In this document: one piece after another, positions 13,818 to 26,844 of the stretch | Layout of the letters: every line of letters begins with the position of its first letter | How positions within the stretch are numbered: the stretch's first letter is position 1 | Origin: Eledone cirrhosa | Lineage: Eukaryota | NCBI GenBank assembly: GCA_964016885.1 | Contig: OZ024740.1 | Span: forward strand, 260,276,001 to 260,340,000 | Direction: 5' to 3' | Length of the DNA: 64,000 nucleotides | Position numbers and translations under genes: made by a program | The notes under the pieces: model-generated | What the model saw: the letters and a program-made list of their open reading frames with translations, nothing else | The model's database searches: none | What the model was told of the DNA's origin: nothing

Positions 13818-14169
13818 GATAATAAAGGTCAAACACAAATATAATATCAAAACTTTGTCACAAGAACATTAGGAGGATACATACTATACTTGTTATTTTA
13901 CATTGAGCTATTTTCGTACTTGTAATTGGATAATATTTATTATTACCCACATTATATATATATTTATATAGCTATAATTCGTCGGGGTCTTACTCTTTCC
14001 TATTTCCCACTCTACTACCCTAAGTATTGAGTACTCTGGTGCGTTATGGTCCAACTGGTTCCTTACCACAATTCCTTTGTTATATATATATATACACATA
14101 CATGTATATATTATTATTATTAGTAGTACAGTTTAAAAGTTTCAGAAATAATTTCTACTTTCACTCTAA

Positions 14170-14750
14170 GTGAGAGCATCTGAAACTGAGACCAGCCAAG
14201 TTCATGGATGTTATCCAACCATCTTGCTCGGGGTCTACCCCTGGGTCTTCTACCGGTTGGTTTTGCTCATAAAATCTGTTCAGCAATTCTTTCCTGAGAC
14301 ATTCTAACCACATACCCGTTGTATCTCAATTCGGAGAAGTAGCGGCTCTACCTGGAGTGACTCTCTGATCTCCAAGCTACACACTCTATTGAGTAACATT
14401 ACTCCAAAGACCCTTCGGAGGAACACCATTTCGGCTGCTTGTATTCGTGGTAATATTCTTTTGGCCAAGATGCATGACTATAGGTAAGGGTTGGCACGAA
14501 TACCGAATTGAAGACAGTGAGTTTGGCTTTTACGCCTACCTCCCTTATTTTGATTACTGAATGCTGAAGCTGGCATATTACTACGCCAGCTCCTGCAATT
14601 CATGCACTTAATTCTGCCTTCTGCCTTCCATCACTCATGAACATGGCTCCGAGATACTTGAACTTTTCTACCTGCTTCAGTGGAACTCCATTTACATGTA
14701 GGGTGCAGAGAGCAGGCTTCCTTGAGAGGATGAGTGTTTCAGTTTTCACA
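14170..14750 (-). mobile_element. RTE-type LINE 3' coding fragment
   Basis: LKQVEKFKYLG motif and a downstream RPRGRPRARWLD motif. Confidence 0.8.
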
Positions 14751-14819
14751 GAAATATAAAATCGAATATAAAATCCTAACCAAACCAAACCAAACCTAAC
14801 TTAAAATAATATATCTATG

Positions 14820-15510
14820 CTATAAATGAGAGTGTATCTGTGGCGAAAGAATGTTGAGATCATGGATAGTGTACTCCCCTTCTAAAGAAGCTCTTTACTG
14901 TTTTTGTTGCAAACTATTTTCAGACAAAAGTAACTCAAAATTTAATTCTGAGGATGGATTCGAAATATGGTGGAAACTGAACCCTAGAATATCCAAGTAT
15001 ATATCCAGTGCAGCTCATGTTTGGAATATCACACAATGGAAGAAGTTGGAAATTAGGATTGCTTGTGGAGCAACAATTGATAAAAAAGAACAAGAAGTTG
15101 TTGAAAGCCAAGTGAAAAAGTAGAAGGAAATCCATTCAAGATTGCTTGATATTTCTAGATTCTTAGCTAGACAGAATATGGCTTTATGAGGCCATCGAGA
15201 AGGAATGAATTATGAGAGAAATGAAACTAATGTTGAACCTGAAGCAACAGAAAATAGAGATGTTTTAGAGCTTGTTCATTTTTTGGTAAAATACGATCCA
15301 GTGCTACGTGAACATCTAACAGTCCAGCTGGGAAATATGTGAGAGGAGCTTTTCGAAACTAAAACTGATCAAGAATTACTTAAGATTTATTATGAATACT
15401 TTACATTTGAAAAAATATCACCATATTGTCTACAGAGCGACAGATGAAATAGTTTTTGACAATCATTGAAGAATTTGCCAACAAAAAATGCAAGAAAAGT
15501 TACTTTGTAG
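14820..15510 (+). mobile_element. hAT transposase remnant (TTF zinc finger / DUF4371, ZMYM1-like), internally deleted
   Basis: RSWIVYSPSKEALYCFCCKLFS, RFLARQNMAL*GHRE and FLELVHFLVKYDPVLREHL. A probable right TIR ctagctacgccactg lies at 18015-18029, beyond the CRE insertion. Confidence 0.8.
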
Positions 15511-15599
15511 TAATTTTTTTAAAAAAGTTGTAGGAGTTTTTTAGTGACAGAAATATATGAATATTTATTTAAACGATCGCTAATCGGAAGTGTTTTCAG

Positions 15600-17730
15600 A
15601 ATTATTTAGATTTGTGTTTCCTATTCAACAATGCTTCAAGCAAGCTACAAAACTCTGAGAATAAGATACTAACACTGATGAAATAATACATGAAATGAAA
15701 GCAGCAGACAACAAATGACGTTGACAAGTAAATACAGAAAAGCAATGAAGAATGATGCCCCCCCCCCCCCCCCTCAGCCCCGCCGGTCAGAATGGAGAAG
15801 GCGTTTCCCCAGAGGACAGCAAGGGAGACGCGCTGGAAAAGCCACTCCAACTCGCGGGGCTCACACCTGCGGCTGGCCAGCTCAGTGCCTATGGTGGTGA
15901 GTAGGGATTAGCCCTAGGGCCAAGGGCACCAGAAGTCTCCACTGCCAGGGGTACAACCGCAAACCTGTCGGAGAGCGACCGGTATTTGAGGAGTTTAGCC
16001 TCCTCAGCCCGACGTGCAGCAGAACCCGGGTTAATCGCAGACTGCACCAGGTTGTGGCTGCAGAAAGTGTCGGTGCAAGTGGCATCCCAGATGGGGAGTT
16101 TGCCACTGCGGAACAGGAAGATGGTCATGCCATCTGGCCTTTTGCCATCTCCTTGGTCCAGCCCCACCGGCTCGAGCTGGGAAGGGAAGCCTGCAGCGTC
16201 CAAGCCATGCTTTATGACCTTGTTGAGGGCAGCATGGCGTGGAAGGCGACTGGCACTGTGGCAACAGGAAAGCGGGTGGAGGCCGAAAGGGTCCACGTTG
16301 GATCTGCAGCGACATTGGTGTGGCTCGCAGATCTGGAGGCCGAGCCTCAAGGAAACACCAATGCGCAGGCTATTATTGTCTAACTGTGTGCCAGTGGAGA
16401 AAGAGGGCAGGGCATGGAGCCAGGCACCACTGTGGGGTTTGGAGGCCACACGAAAACAGGCAAGGTGGTGCTGGCGTGTGAGCCTGTCTGAGGCAGGCTG
16501 CACTGGATGGCATCCCAAGTGCTTTGGGGGGACTTGACGTCAACAGGGGGAGAAGGAGGAGGGACGTCTACTGGGCTAAGTCCCAGCCGGTCCCACGTCT
16601 CACAGGCGGCCTCACATTCTCTGAACACAGAGGGTTCTATTGTGTTTAGAAGAACCCTGCTGACGAGGACGCGGCACGAGGTTACCGACGAAAGATACGC
16701 TGGCAAAGCCAGTGAGATCGAAGACCGGAGGCCAAGGCCGCCATACCTGACAGGTAAAGTAACCTGTTGCCATCTTGACGTTGCATATCTTCTCGGCAGC
16801 TTCTCGGATACAAGTATTGAGGTCAGCGAGGAGAGATGTGTGAGTGTAACACGGAGCGCTGCAAAGGGTATAGAGGAGCTTCAGCATGGCAAAGCAGTTC
16901 CACAACAGAAAGAGGGCTGGGTGGCCGTTTAATCAAGCCCAGTCGGCTCGTGAGAGTCTGGAGTTATTGAAGCCTGGACCTGATGGTGGAGCGGATGGCC
17001 GGCGGGTGGATCGGTGACCCGAGGATGAGGACATCCTCTTTGGGGGTCACCTGTACCTGGTGGAGAATGGACCGCATATCTGAGACGGAGGCTGCAAAGC
17101 TCTCAGCATCGTGGCTGACATTCACCACCTCCAACTTGGCCGAGTTGACCTGGAGGCTGGCTGCCAAGATGGTCTGCAGGTCCATAACACCTTCTTTCTT
17201 CCTGAGAGCGGTGAGGCTAGCCGAAAAAAAGAGGCCTTGGGCATGAGGGTCCAGGGTGCCATGGATGAGCCTATTGGTGAGCGTCACAATTGTACTCAGA
17301 AGGTGGTGCCCGGCCTCAGCGGAGAGAGGGGATAGGAGCTCCTTGAGGTGGCCTGGTCAGAGACCATAAACACCACCACTGCTGCTAGCTGGGAAGGACT
17401 TGATGGCGGACAGGCAAGCTCACTGTCTTATCTGGTGGTGTGCCAGACGGCCATGGCTGGGCAGATGAGGGGAAGAGGCAGTTCTTGCATCTCCATGTTG
17501 CGAGGGCACTGGAGGCTCGACGTGTCAAGCCAACACAGGTGAGGCGGTGGAAGCAGCTGTACCCCAAACAGTTCCAGCCCCTCTTCCATCTGTTAGTGGT
17601 GCTGCAAGTGCTGCAGGTGTCGGCTTGAGGGGATGGAGGATGGACTGGGGCACTGTGTGGAATTGGGGGTGAGTGGCTGGCGTGTGTGGGTGGAAGGGAA
17701 AGTGCTGGTAAGAGGGCCTCATAGCTCATC
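15600..17730 (-). mobile_element. CRE-clade non-LTR retrotransposon with restriction-like endonuclease, internally deleted
   Basis: HSGAWLHALP...LRIGVSLRLG, a Cys/His knuckle CRC..VDPFGLHPLSC, RHAALN, KRPDGMT, WDATCTDT, VPLAVETSGALG and QRVSLAVLWGNA. Visibly GC-rich relative to its flanks. Confidence 0.88.
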
Positions 17731-18589
17731 TACATCAGAGGTTTCATTACAGAAATAAAGATGGTCCTAATTTTTTATAATTTTTTACTTTTTTCCCTTT
17801 ATGTCATTTTTGCTTGTTTGACTGTTACTGATAAAATTTGAGTTTGTTTGGTGTGTATTTAAAACATACTATATTTGAGTATGTGAAAGTAATATTATAA
17901 TTGTACACTGAGTAGTTAATATATATAACTTTAAGAGTGAGTCATTGTGTAATATGTATTTTTTGTGGGGCCCAGGGGAGGCAGACTGAAGGGCTCCCCC
18001 AAGTGGTACACATTCTAGCTACGCCACTGCAAGTAATGTAAAATCATTTATCATCCCTCTGTTTTATCCATTACTATTTTCAGGTCTCAAAATTTGACAT
18101 GTTTCCTATTAGTAATTTTCCTATGATCTTAATCGTAAATCGAAAATATCCTACCCCCTTTCTATCGAAAATATACTATCTTCTATCCCCAATCTGTCAC
18201 ATGGAGCTTAGCTCCTTTTTTTTTCCTAGGTCCTCTTTAAAAGGCTTCCACCACCCCCTACCACCATAATGATTTGGACCAATCAAAACTCAGCAGCACA
18301 TAATATGTTTCACTAATCCATATTTTTATCGCAAAAGTGACTACTTCTGATACTACTCCTCCTAAAGATTGTTCTAGACCTTCGTATGATGAATGGAGTG
18401 CAGAGATGGTGAATTTGGCACTCCTAAAGACGAATATGAATTCACCTCGTGTCTCCGGACAAACCATTGAAACGCTCCTCTTTATTTCAGGCATGGGAAA
18501 CAAAAACCAGCACCAATTGATCTCACATTCTCCTCCCCAAATTTCCATCCTCTTCTTCCCCCTCCCTTTCGGTGAACTTCAAAACTTCA

Positions 18590-19790
18590 TAGCTGGTAGT
18601 CTCAATGTGAACATAATGAACAGATAATCAGGTGAGATTTTAGAGTTGCTTGAATGAAAGAAAGTTGATGTATGCTGTGTTCAAGAGACTAAATGGAGGG
18701 AAGGGTCAGCTAAAGTCCTTGTGAGCAAAAAACGATGCTACAATTCTTTCTTGGTGGGAAATGACAATGGGCTGGGTGGAGTAGGGATCATGTTAGCAGA
18801 AAAATGGGTAGATAAGGTTATTGTTGTAAACAGAGCGAACAACAGAATCATTAAAATTAGACTAGTTCTAAATAGAACAACCATCTCAATTATATCTGCT
18901 TATGCACCTCAATCTGGTCTACCAGATGTTATACAAAACAGGTTCTGTGAGTCCCTAATGTACACTACTTCCCAAATAAGCAGTGGTGACTGCATAATCA
19001 TTACTGGTGACTTTAATGGGAATGACGGACAACACTGCAATGGCTACAATTGGATTCACGGACATTATGGTACTAACATTTGGTACTAGGAATGAGGTAA
19101 GTTTCAGACTCCTGGAATTCTGGGAAGCTAATGACCTATCTATCTGTAACACAAACTTCAAAAAACAAGACAATCACTTGATCACCTACAGATCAGTGGA
19201 GCACATCAACCAGATAGATTTAATCCTTATCAGAAGACGAGACAGAGTGATGGTTGTAAATACGTACAAAGTTCCTCACTGGTGAACAATGCACCTCCCA
19301 ACATAACCTAATAGTTAGTGACCTTATAGTTAGGGCTAGATGAACTCAATGACAGAAGACAACCTGGTAGAGAAGAATGTGGAAGTTGAAGGATCCCACA
19401 GCCAATAACAAATTTAAAGGCATATTGCTTGATGCTTTTGACAGTAAGGAAGAGCAAATAGAGACATACAATATAGAGGAGCAGTGGGAATACCTGAAAG
19501 ATAACCTACTGAAGGTGACAAATGAAATCTGTGATTGGAGCAGGTCTCTAGGGAGAAGGAGACTGACTTGGTGGTTGAACAGTAGGGTGGAGGAGAGCAT
19601 TAAGGTCAAAAGACAGGCATGGAAAGAATGGTGAGTGGTGGGGAACAGAAAACACTACCAGGAAGCTAGAAAAGAAGCTAAGTGACAAGTGTATTTTGCA
19701 AGAAGGAAAGCAGAAAATAACACATTTAAGCATGTTCTGCAATACAAGGACCAAAAGCGTGAAGCGTTCAGGATTGTGAAGCAATGTTTC
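18590..19790 (+). mobile_element. RTE LINE fragment (APE domain and linker)
   Basis: VDVCCVQETKW, GLGGVGIMLAEKW, SAYAPQSG, TGDFNG and QIDLIL, with multiple stops. Confidence 0.9.
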
Positions 19791-20341
19791 AGTTTTTGTT
19801 CGTACTTATCTAGAAATCCATTCCAAGCTACAGTTTTGTTGTAATATGTGAAATGATTGGTGAAGATATGCTCGTTAGCTGATAAATGAGAAATCTTCAA
19901 TGAGGCGTTTTTGACCAGATGTTAGTTATGCTGGTTGGATGGTTAGAATGCTTACTAATGTAATTTAACATGCTTTCTATATGGGTAGAACAGGCTGTTT
20001 GACATATTGAGTATCACATCGAGGAAATTTACGACAGATATATATATCATCATCCTGCTCATAATCAAATGCACTTGGTAGAGCATGGGATCACATGTTA
20101 GGCCTATGGCCCACTGGGAGGTCAGAGGCCCTGCTTAAATATTGACAAGTTTGCGACAACATAGCAATGTATATATATATATATATATATATATAGAAAG
20201 TGAGGTTATTTTTTTTTTTTCTTTACAAAATGAAAAATAACCGAGGTGTCCTACACGAGTGAAAGTATAAAGAAAAAAAGATGAAATCGAAAATGCAACT
20301 GGAGTCTTATTTAAAAAAAAATATATATATTTATTTGGTTC

Positions 20342-20377
20342 CTTTACCTGTTTCGCAGTTCTTCTGCTTTTCAAAAG
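20342..20377 (-). ncRNA. Minimal type-I hammerhead, U3:A8 variant (left arm of the palindrome)
   Basis: Mirror image of 20455-20490. Confidence 0.65.
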
Positions 20378-20454
20378 TAGAGTTGAGATGGAAGGTCTGT
20401 GGTTTTTCTCACATCTGATGTGAGAAAAACCACAGACCTTCCATCTCAACTCTA

Positions 20455-20490
20455 CTTTTGAAAAGCAGAAGAACTGCGAAACAGGTAAAG
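20455..20490 (+). ncRNA. Minimal type-I hammerhead, U3:A8 variant
   Basis: CTT-TTGAAAA-GCAG aagaa CTGC-GAAA-CAGG-TA-AAG. Confidence 0.65.
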
Positions 20491-21045
20491 GAACCAAATA
20501 AATATATATATTTTAAAAAAAATAAGACTCCAGTTGCATTTTCGATTTCATCTTTTTTTCTTTATACTTTCACTCGTGTAGGACACCTCGGTTATTTTTC
20601 ATTTTGTAAAGGAAAAAAGAAAAAAAAACCCTCACTTTCTAATATATATATATATATATATACATTGCTATGTTTAATATAGAAATTTAATATAGACATT
20701 TAATAGAAATTTAATATAGAAATGGCTTCTAGAGGACTAGAACGATTTCATTCGTATGAAATCATTAGGCATGCCAGTTGATATCGTAAGTCATTGGCAC
20801 TTCTAAGTTTCATAGTGTTTGGCACTCCACTCAAATACTATAAAACTTAAGTACCAAAGACTAACTATATCAAACAGCATTCCTGATAATTCCATACAAA
20901 TAAAACAGTTTCAGTCCCCCTGTAGAAGCCATCTCTCTCTCTTTCTCTCTCAGCTCTGAATAAGGTGAAACATTTGTTCTTGGTATGATGAACTAACTGT
21001 TGTGGAACTACTTATATATATATATATATACAGTCTCTCTCTCTA

Positions 21046-21077
<32 letters not shown>

Positions 21078-21087
21078 CACACACGCT

Positions 21088-21118
<31 letters not shown>

Positions 21119-22037
21119 GTAAAAAATAAAAGTGAAAAAGCACAGGTGTGTATTTAAAGATTATTTTTTCTTTAATCCTTTTTTAATTTTTGATTTGTAT
21201 CTAAAATGTCACTTGATTTTTCAGCCATATATATATATATCCAGGGAGTTTAACGTGAAGTTACTGTAGGTTCACCCAGGTGTCACTCGATGTTAGGTTC
21301 ACGTCAGTGGCAAGGTGTAGAGCTAAACAGTGTGATATAATGATACAAGGATCATTTGTTGTAACCCGACAAGATTGACAATATTTATATTACCTACAGC
21401 GTCTACCAAAGACCAGACACTAAACATCTATGGTAACACTATTGTTGTATTCCTCTCGGTACTCGCAGAGAAAACACAACGAGTTATATCAAATAATTTG
21501 TGTAATTTGCGAAACAACCAAAACGCCCCTCCTCGCAGTAGCAGAATAACATAAAGTAAGTAAGTAGCAGTCTGTGACCGAGTTTTTAATACCAACGCTG
21601 ACTGACTGCCCAGGTCACGTGATTCATATGCAAATGTGTGAGCACGTGTAAATTGAATAGAAATTTAACAGTCCATACAACAATGAGGTTGTGAGTTCGA
21701 TTCCCAGTCCATACAACAACTATAACCAGTGAACAAGAACAACATATTCTACAACTACCACCAAAGTTCACTATATATAACAAGGTAAACCCAGTACTAT
21801 GCTTGTCAGAAACTGAAAAGTCCTTCACTAAAATCTGTTGGAATACGAACATAAATAACAACAATATGAATGGCAATAATAATTGTTTCTACTTTTTGGC
21901 ACAAGGCCAGCAATTGTCCCAGTGCATTACTGGTACTTTATTTTATCGACCCCCAATAATAATAACAATGAAAGTGGTAATATAAACAACAACAATAACA
22001 CACTTTGGCTATAGAAATAACGACTATAATAATAATG

Positions 22038-22248
22038 ATTTCTACTTTAGGCACAAGGCCAGTAATTTAAAGGGGGAGGGGAAAGTCGATCAAATCGACC
22101 CCAGTGCATTACTGGTACTTTATTTTATCGACCCCGTAAGGATGAAAGGCAAAGGTAACCTCGGCGTGATTTGGACTCAGAGAGTAAGGGGCCGTAACTC
22201 CATGTGGCAAAGCATGGTGTCTGATGCTCTACCAATACTGCCAATCCA
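22038..22248 (-). mobile_element. SINE family A (plus a partial copy at 21882-21954)
   Basis: Family consensus core actggtactttattttatcgaccccgtaaggatgaaaggcaaag. Confidence 0.85.
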
Positions 22249-22514
22249 CAACAACAGGGACAACAGGAGAGATAGAAATAATAATAATATAAATAGCAGG
22301 AACAACAACAATAACAATAGAGAGAACAACAACAACTATAATATCAGCATGTAACAACCTCAATAATAGAAATAGCAGTAACAGCAGCGATAACAATAGA
22401 GAGAACAGCAACGATAGACATAACAACAATAACAGTACACACAACTATAACAGTAGTTCTAATGACAACCCCTTAAAGAACCTGTTCTTCAACCCAACTG
22501 ACAAAACATACAAG

Positions 22515-25130
22515 ATGAACAAAATTTATCCCACTAAATTACCCTTTAATAAAAGAGTTTGTATACAACAAATATATGACGAAACAGAGGCACAGTTTAC
22601 CATAACTAGAAATAAACTTAGACAGATAGTAGACCAATATACTAGGAGACAAAACAGAGAAGAAATTCAACAACTTGGTAGAAAACCTGTTGAATGCCTA
22701 CTTAGCCTCATGCAGCGCACAAGGGATGGTGAGGTAGTGTGTCTACCCACAGACAAATCCAGTAGGATGTCAATAGACAGCATGCCAAACTACATCAAGG
22801 CTATGCAACCCCACATCATCAACATGAGCAAAACAACACTAAGGACACATGAGGGGAGAGAAATGATCCTCAACGCTCACATGATGATGTGGACCAACAC
22901 CCTAAAACCGAGTAGATGCACAGCCAATAATTTCTAAGACTCTACCAATGACATACCACCCTTATATGGACTCCACACAGACCATAAGACAACTAACAAC
23001 CCTATAAGAGGACCACCAACAAGACCTGTATGTGGAGCCAATATTGCTAGTAACTACAGGATCTCTTACTTCTTCTCTATGATTATACGCCCCATAATGA
23101 AAATGTCCCCAGGTATATATGACAACACAGAGAACCTCAGTGACTGCAACAACAACAAAAACTTAACTGCATAATAGGCAGTATGGATGTAGTATCCCTG
23201 TACCCATCCATTAACATTGATTTTGCTGTGGAAAGATGTGTGGAAATAATTAGTGAGAGTGAAGTAGAGTTCCGTGACGTTGACACGGATGAACTGGGCC
23301 TCCTACTTAGACTTATATGTGACAATGAATACTTAAATAATTATGACCTTAGAGGTTTTGTGCCCCAGTAGGCCTATAAGAGGTAGACTCCCCACCTTAA
23401 CCTCAATGGCTAAAAAGACTCCCATAGGAAGATGGAATGGATGGACCAAAGCCATACGGATACCCCAAAACAACGATCAGGTGAGAAAAATGGTCGCACA
23501 TGCAATAGGGGCTAGTATTAAAACTACCCTAAAGGGCCACATGTTTAATTTTAATGAGAAAATCTACACCCAGAATGAGGGAGCAGCCATTGGCGTCAGA
23601 ATAGCTGGAGATGTTGCCAACCTATTTATGGTATGGTGGGAAAGGAGACTCAGAGAACTCCTAGAAGAGAACTCCATAGACCTCATCATGCACTCTCGTT
23701 ACGTAGACGACATCAATATAGTAATAAAAACACCCCCACGAAAGAGTACCAATAAACCCGAATTAGAAAACAACACCATGGAGAACATCCAGCAGATAGC
23801 TAACTCCATACACCCGAGCATAACTGTAACTATTGACTACCCTTCCAAACACCCTAACAATAGACTAACAGTATTAGACACTGAACTCAGGTTAAACACT
23901 ATAAACGGGAAAACCAAAATTCTCCACTCATATTATGCTAAATGCATGGCCTCCAAATACCTGATACACAAAAACTCAGCGATGTCCAATAGGGCTAAGT
24001 TTAATATTCTGATCACAGACTTGGTAAGAGTGATGAAGAATGTGTCCTGCATGTGCGATACAACTGAACTGGAAAGGCACATACAAAACTTCATCAATCG
24101 CATGCAGTTCTCTGGCTACAACCAAAGAGACAGAATCAGAATGTACAAAGGAGCCATGGAGAAATATAAGACCCTCATAGAGATGGACATGAAAGGGATT
24201 TTCCCATTATACAGGAGCAAATCATGGAATAGCATAGATAGGACGAAAGATAAGATAGGCAAAACCATTTCATGGTATGACAACCAGAGATACCAGAGTG
24301 TCATGTTTGTGGATGCAACCCCTGGAGGGAAATTAGCTAACCAATTTAGAAAGGCCCTAAGAAAGATGCATCTAAAGATTAAAGTGGTAGAAAAGCCAGG
24401 AACTACCATAAAATCCCTGATCAGCAAAACATATCCCTTTAAGAAAACCCACTGTACTAATAAGAAATGTATTATATGTAGAATAAATCCACAAATAAGT
24501 TGTAAAACTAGAAATGGAGTCTAAAACATAAGATGTACAGAGGGTACTTGCAGAAACATGACAACGACATACAGAGGTGAGACAGCTTGAAGCATAGGGG
24601 AGAGATTAGACCAACACTGGGGTGAACTAAAAGGACAAAAAGACAGTTCGGTACCATATGAACATGCCAGACAAAGACATGATGGTAATATAGACAACAT
24701 AAAAATGAAAATAATATTAAAACATACAAATGACTCAACAGGTAGACAAATTAGGGAAGCAACTGAAATAGAACTAAGAAAACCGAAGTTGAACAAAAAA
24801 AATAAATGGAATAAGAACAAAAACAACCATACACAAACAGACAATACTGACCTAAGATAAAAATAAATAAATAAATATACACAGGTACAATAACAACAAC
24901 CACACATAAACACAAAATAGTGAACAACGATAGAATATAAACACACACAGACTCAGACACAAACACACACACAACGCATGCACAAACAGAGACAAGAATA
25001 GATGAATAAATAAATAAAAATAGAGTAGACATTACAATACAACGGGAGGAAACATGATAGTACCACTGATGATGTCACAGGTGTGTGATGAAAATATTTT
25101 GATAGGCTATATATATATTTATATCTGTAT
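22515..25130 (+). mobile_element. Penelope-like retroelement (Neptune/Naiad-type), RT + Cys linker + GIY-YIG, pseudogenised
   Basis: PTDKS, PPTRPVCGA, MDVVSLYPS, GAAIGVRIAGDVANLFM, RYVDDI, HCTNKKCIIC..C linker, YRGETA*SIGERLDQH and RQIREATEI. An HHR lies in the 3' UTR. Several stops and frameshifts. Confidence 0.92.
25061..25104 (+). ncRNA. Minimal type-I hammerhead in the PLE 3' UTR
   Basis: TACCA-CTGATGA-T-GTCACA ggtg TGTGAT-GAAA-ATAT-TT-TGATA. Stem III is replaced by the palindrome AATATT. Confidence 0.75.
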
Positions 25131-25261
25131 TTTTAACCGTTGGTCAATCAATGATAAACATTGATTGCCAGCTAAATTAACTACAGGGATATAAAATATA
25201 CAGAAGTGAAAACCAATCCAAAACAAACAGTGAATGCATTTTATTATTATTTTTGGAAATC

Positions 25262-25450
25262 AGGGCGGTGGATTGGCAGTATCAGTAGAGGGTCAGACGC
25301 CATGCTTTGACGCATAGAGTTGCGGCCCTTGCCATTCTGAGTTCAAATCCCGCCGAGGTTAACTTTGCCTTTCATCCTTACAGGGTCGATAAAATAAAAT
25401 ATCAGTAATACACTGGGTAATTGCTGGCCTTGTGCCAAAAATAGAACAAT
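25262..25450 (+). mobile_element. tRNA-derived SINE family A (sense copy)
   Basis: A box TGGCAGTATCAG and B box GAGTTCAAATCC. Confidence 0.85.
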
Positions 25451-25464
25451 TTTTATTTCTGGAA

Positions 25465-26650
25465 ATCATCATCATCATCATCAACATCATTTTACATCTG
25501 CTTTTCCCTGCTTGCAAGGGTGGGACGGGTCCTATTCAGCACAACATCTCTCCACTTGTCATGGTCCTTCGTCATCTCCACTGTGAGCTTCAGCGATCTG
25601 AGGTCTGCTCTCACCACCTCCGCCCACGTTTTTCGTGGTCTTCCTCTACTACGTCTTACTTCAACTGGGATTTCTTGGCACTTCTTTACCCACTGGTCAT
25701 CCTCCATGCGCATCACATGTCCATGCCATCACAGTCTCTTCTCCCGCACACTGCAATTTATCCCTCTCAGACACAGTTTCTCTCTCAACACATCCATGCT
25801 GTTCACGCACATTGACATTGCACATCCAACAGAGCATGCTTGCCTCATTTCTCTCCAGCCATTGCATATCCTCTGCAGTTGCTGCTCATGTCTCACTACC
25901 ATGCAGCATTGCCCACCTCACACAGGCATCATATGACCGGCCTTTTGTATGCAGGGAGAAACCCTTCTTTGTCAGCAGAGGAAGCAGCTCCCTAAACTTC
26001 TTCTAACCCATCCTTACTCTAGATACCATGGCCTCGGAGCACCTCCTCCCATGCTAATCTGATCACCTAGGTACCGGAAGCTATCAACCACTTCTATAGC
26101 ACCCACCTTCATTTGAAAAATGTGTCTATCAATGCAACTTCTACTGTCAAATTTTCTTGTACATCTACTGCATATGTATTTCTCCCTACCTGTTAGTTTG
26201 TCTGCTATCCCACTACATCTCTTGTGTACCCAAGATCTGCATTGTATATATTTTATAGAATTTATGCCAGTTCCTTTTCTGCATATCGAACATGGCCATT
26301 TCTCTGACGGAATCAGTTTTGTCCTCTTTTCTACTCATCAACACTTTTATCTTAGCTAGGTTCACTCTCAGTCGTCTTGATTCCAACTGTTGTTTCCATA
26401 GCCAGAATTTATTCTCAAGCGCCTCTACTGATTCTGCTATAAGAATCAGATCGTCAGTATAGAGAAGTTCCTATGGACAGCCAGTCTTAAACTCCTCTGT
26501 TATGGCTTGGAGGACTATAATGAACAAGAGCAGGCTGAGGACCGAACCCTGATGTACTCCTACTTGTATCTGGAATTCCTCACTAAACTCCATTCCTACC
26601 CTCACTTTACTGACAGCACCTCTGTACAAAGCTTGCACTGTCCTCACAAA
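25465..26650 (-). mobile_element. RTE LINE 3' half (RT end, PHD-like insert, C-terminus, (GAT)n tail)
   Basis: GVHQGSVLSLLLF and RGRPRKTWAEVVRADL motifs; (cat)n tail. Confidence 0.9.
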
Positions 26651-26653
26651 TAT

Positions 26654-26710
<57 letters not shown>

Positions 26711-26801
26711 TATATATCAGAATATATATATATATTTTCAATTGAATTTATTACAAATTTCCAGTTGGTTGGTTCAATAACTGGATGGTTGTTTATTTAA
26801 T

Positions 26802-26844
26802 GTGAAAGCTCTTTCGTCACACATTCTGTGATCTCCTCAGTGAC
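26802..26844 (-). ncRNA. Minimal type-I hammerhead
   Basis: GTCA-CTGAGGA-G-ATCACA gaatg TGTGAC-GAAA-GAGC-TT-TCAC. Confidence 0.65.

Larger units (their letters stand above)
20158..20674. repeat. 517-bp near-perfect palindrome (258-bp arms, 1-nt centre at 20416)
   Basis: The arms read as reverse complements, with differences limited to a few bases and homopolymer lengths. Confidence 0.95.

Noticed and set aside
20735-20772. Additional HHR on the minus strand (CTAATGA...GAAA TCGTTC TA)
   Set aside because: G5 is mutated and stems I and III are poorly paired; too degenerate to count.
24578-24580. In-frame TGA in the PLE GIY-YIG as selenocysteine (described for some Naiad PLEs)
   Set aside because: It falls at the conserved Arg of GETAR, so it is probably a substitution in an Arg codon rather than a Cys position. 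The copy also has other stops and frameshifts.
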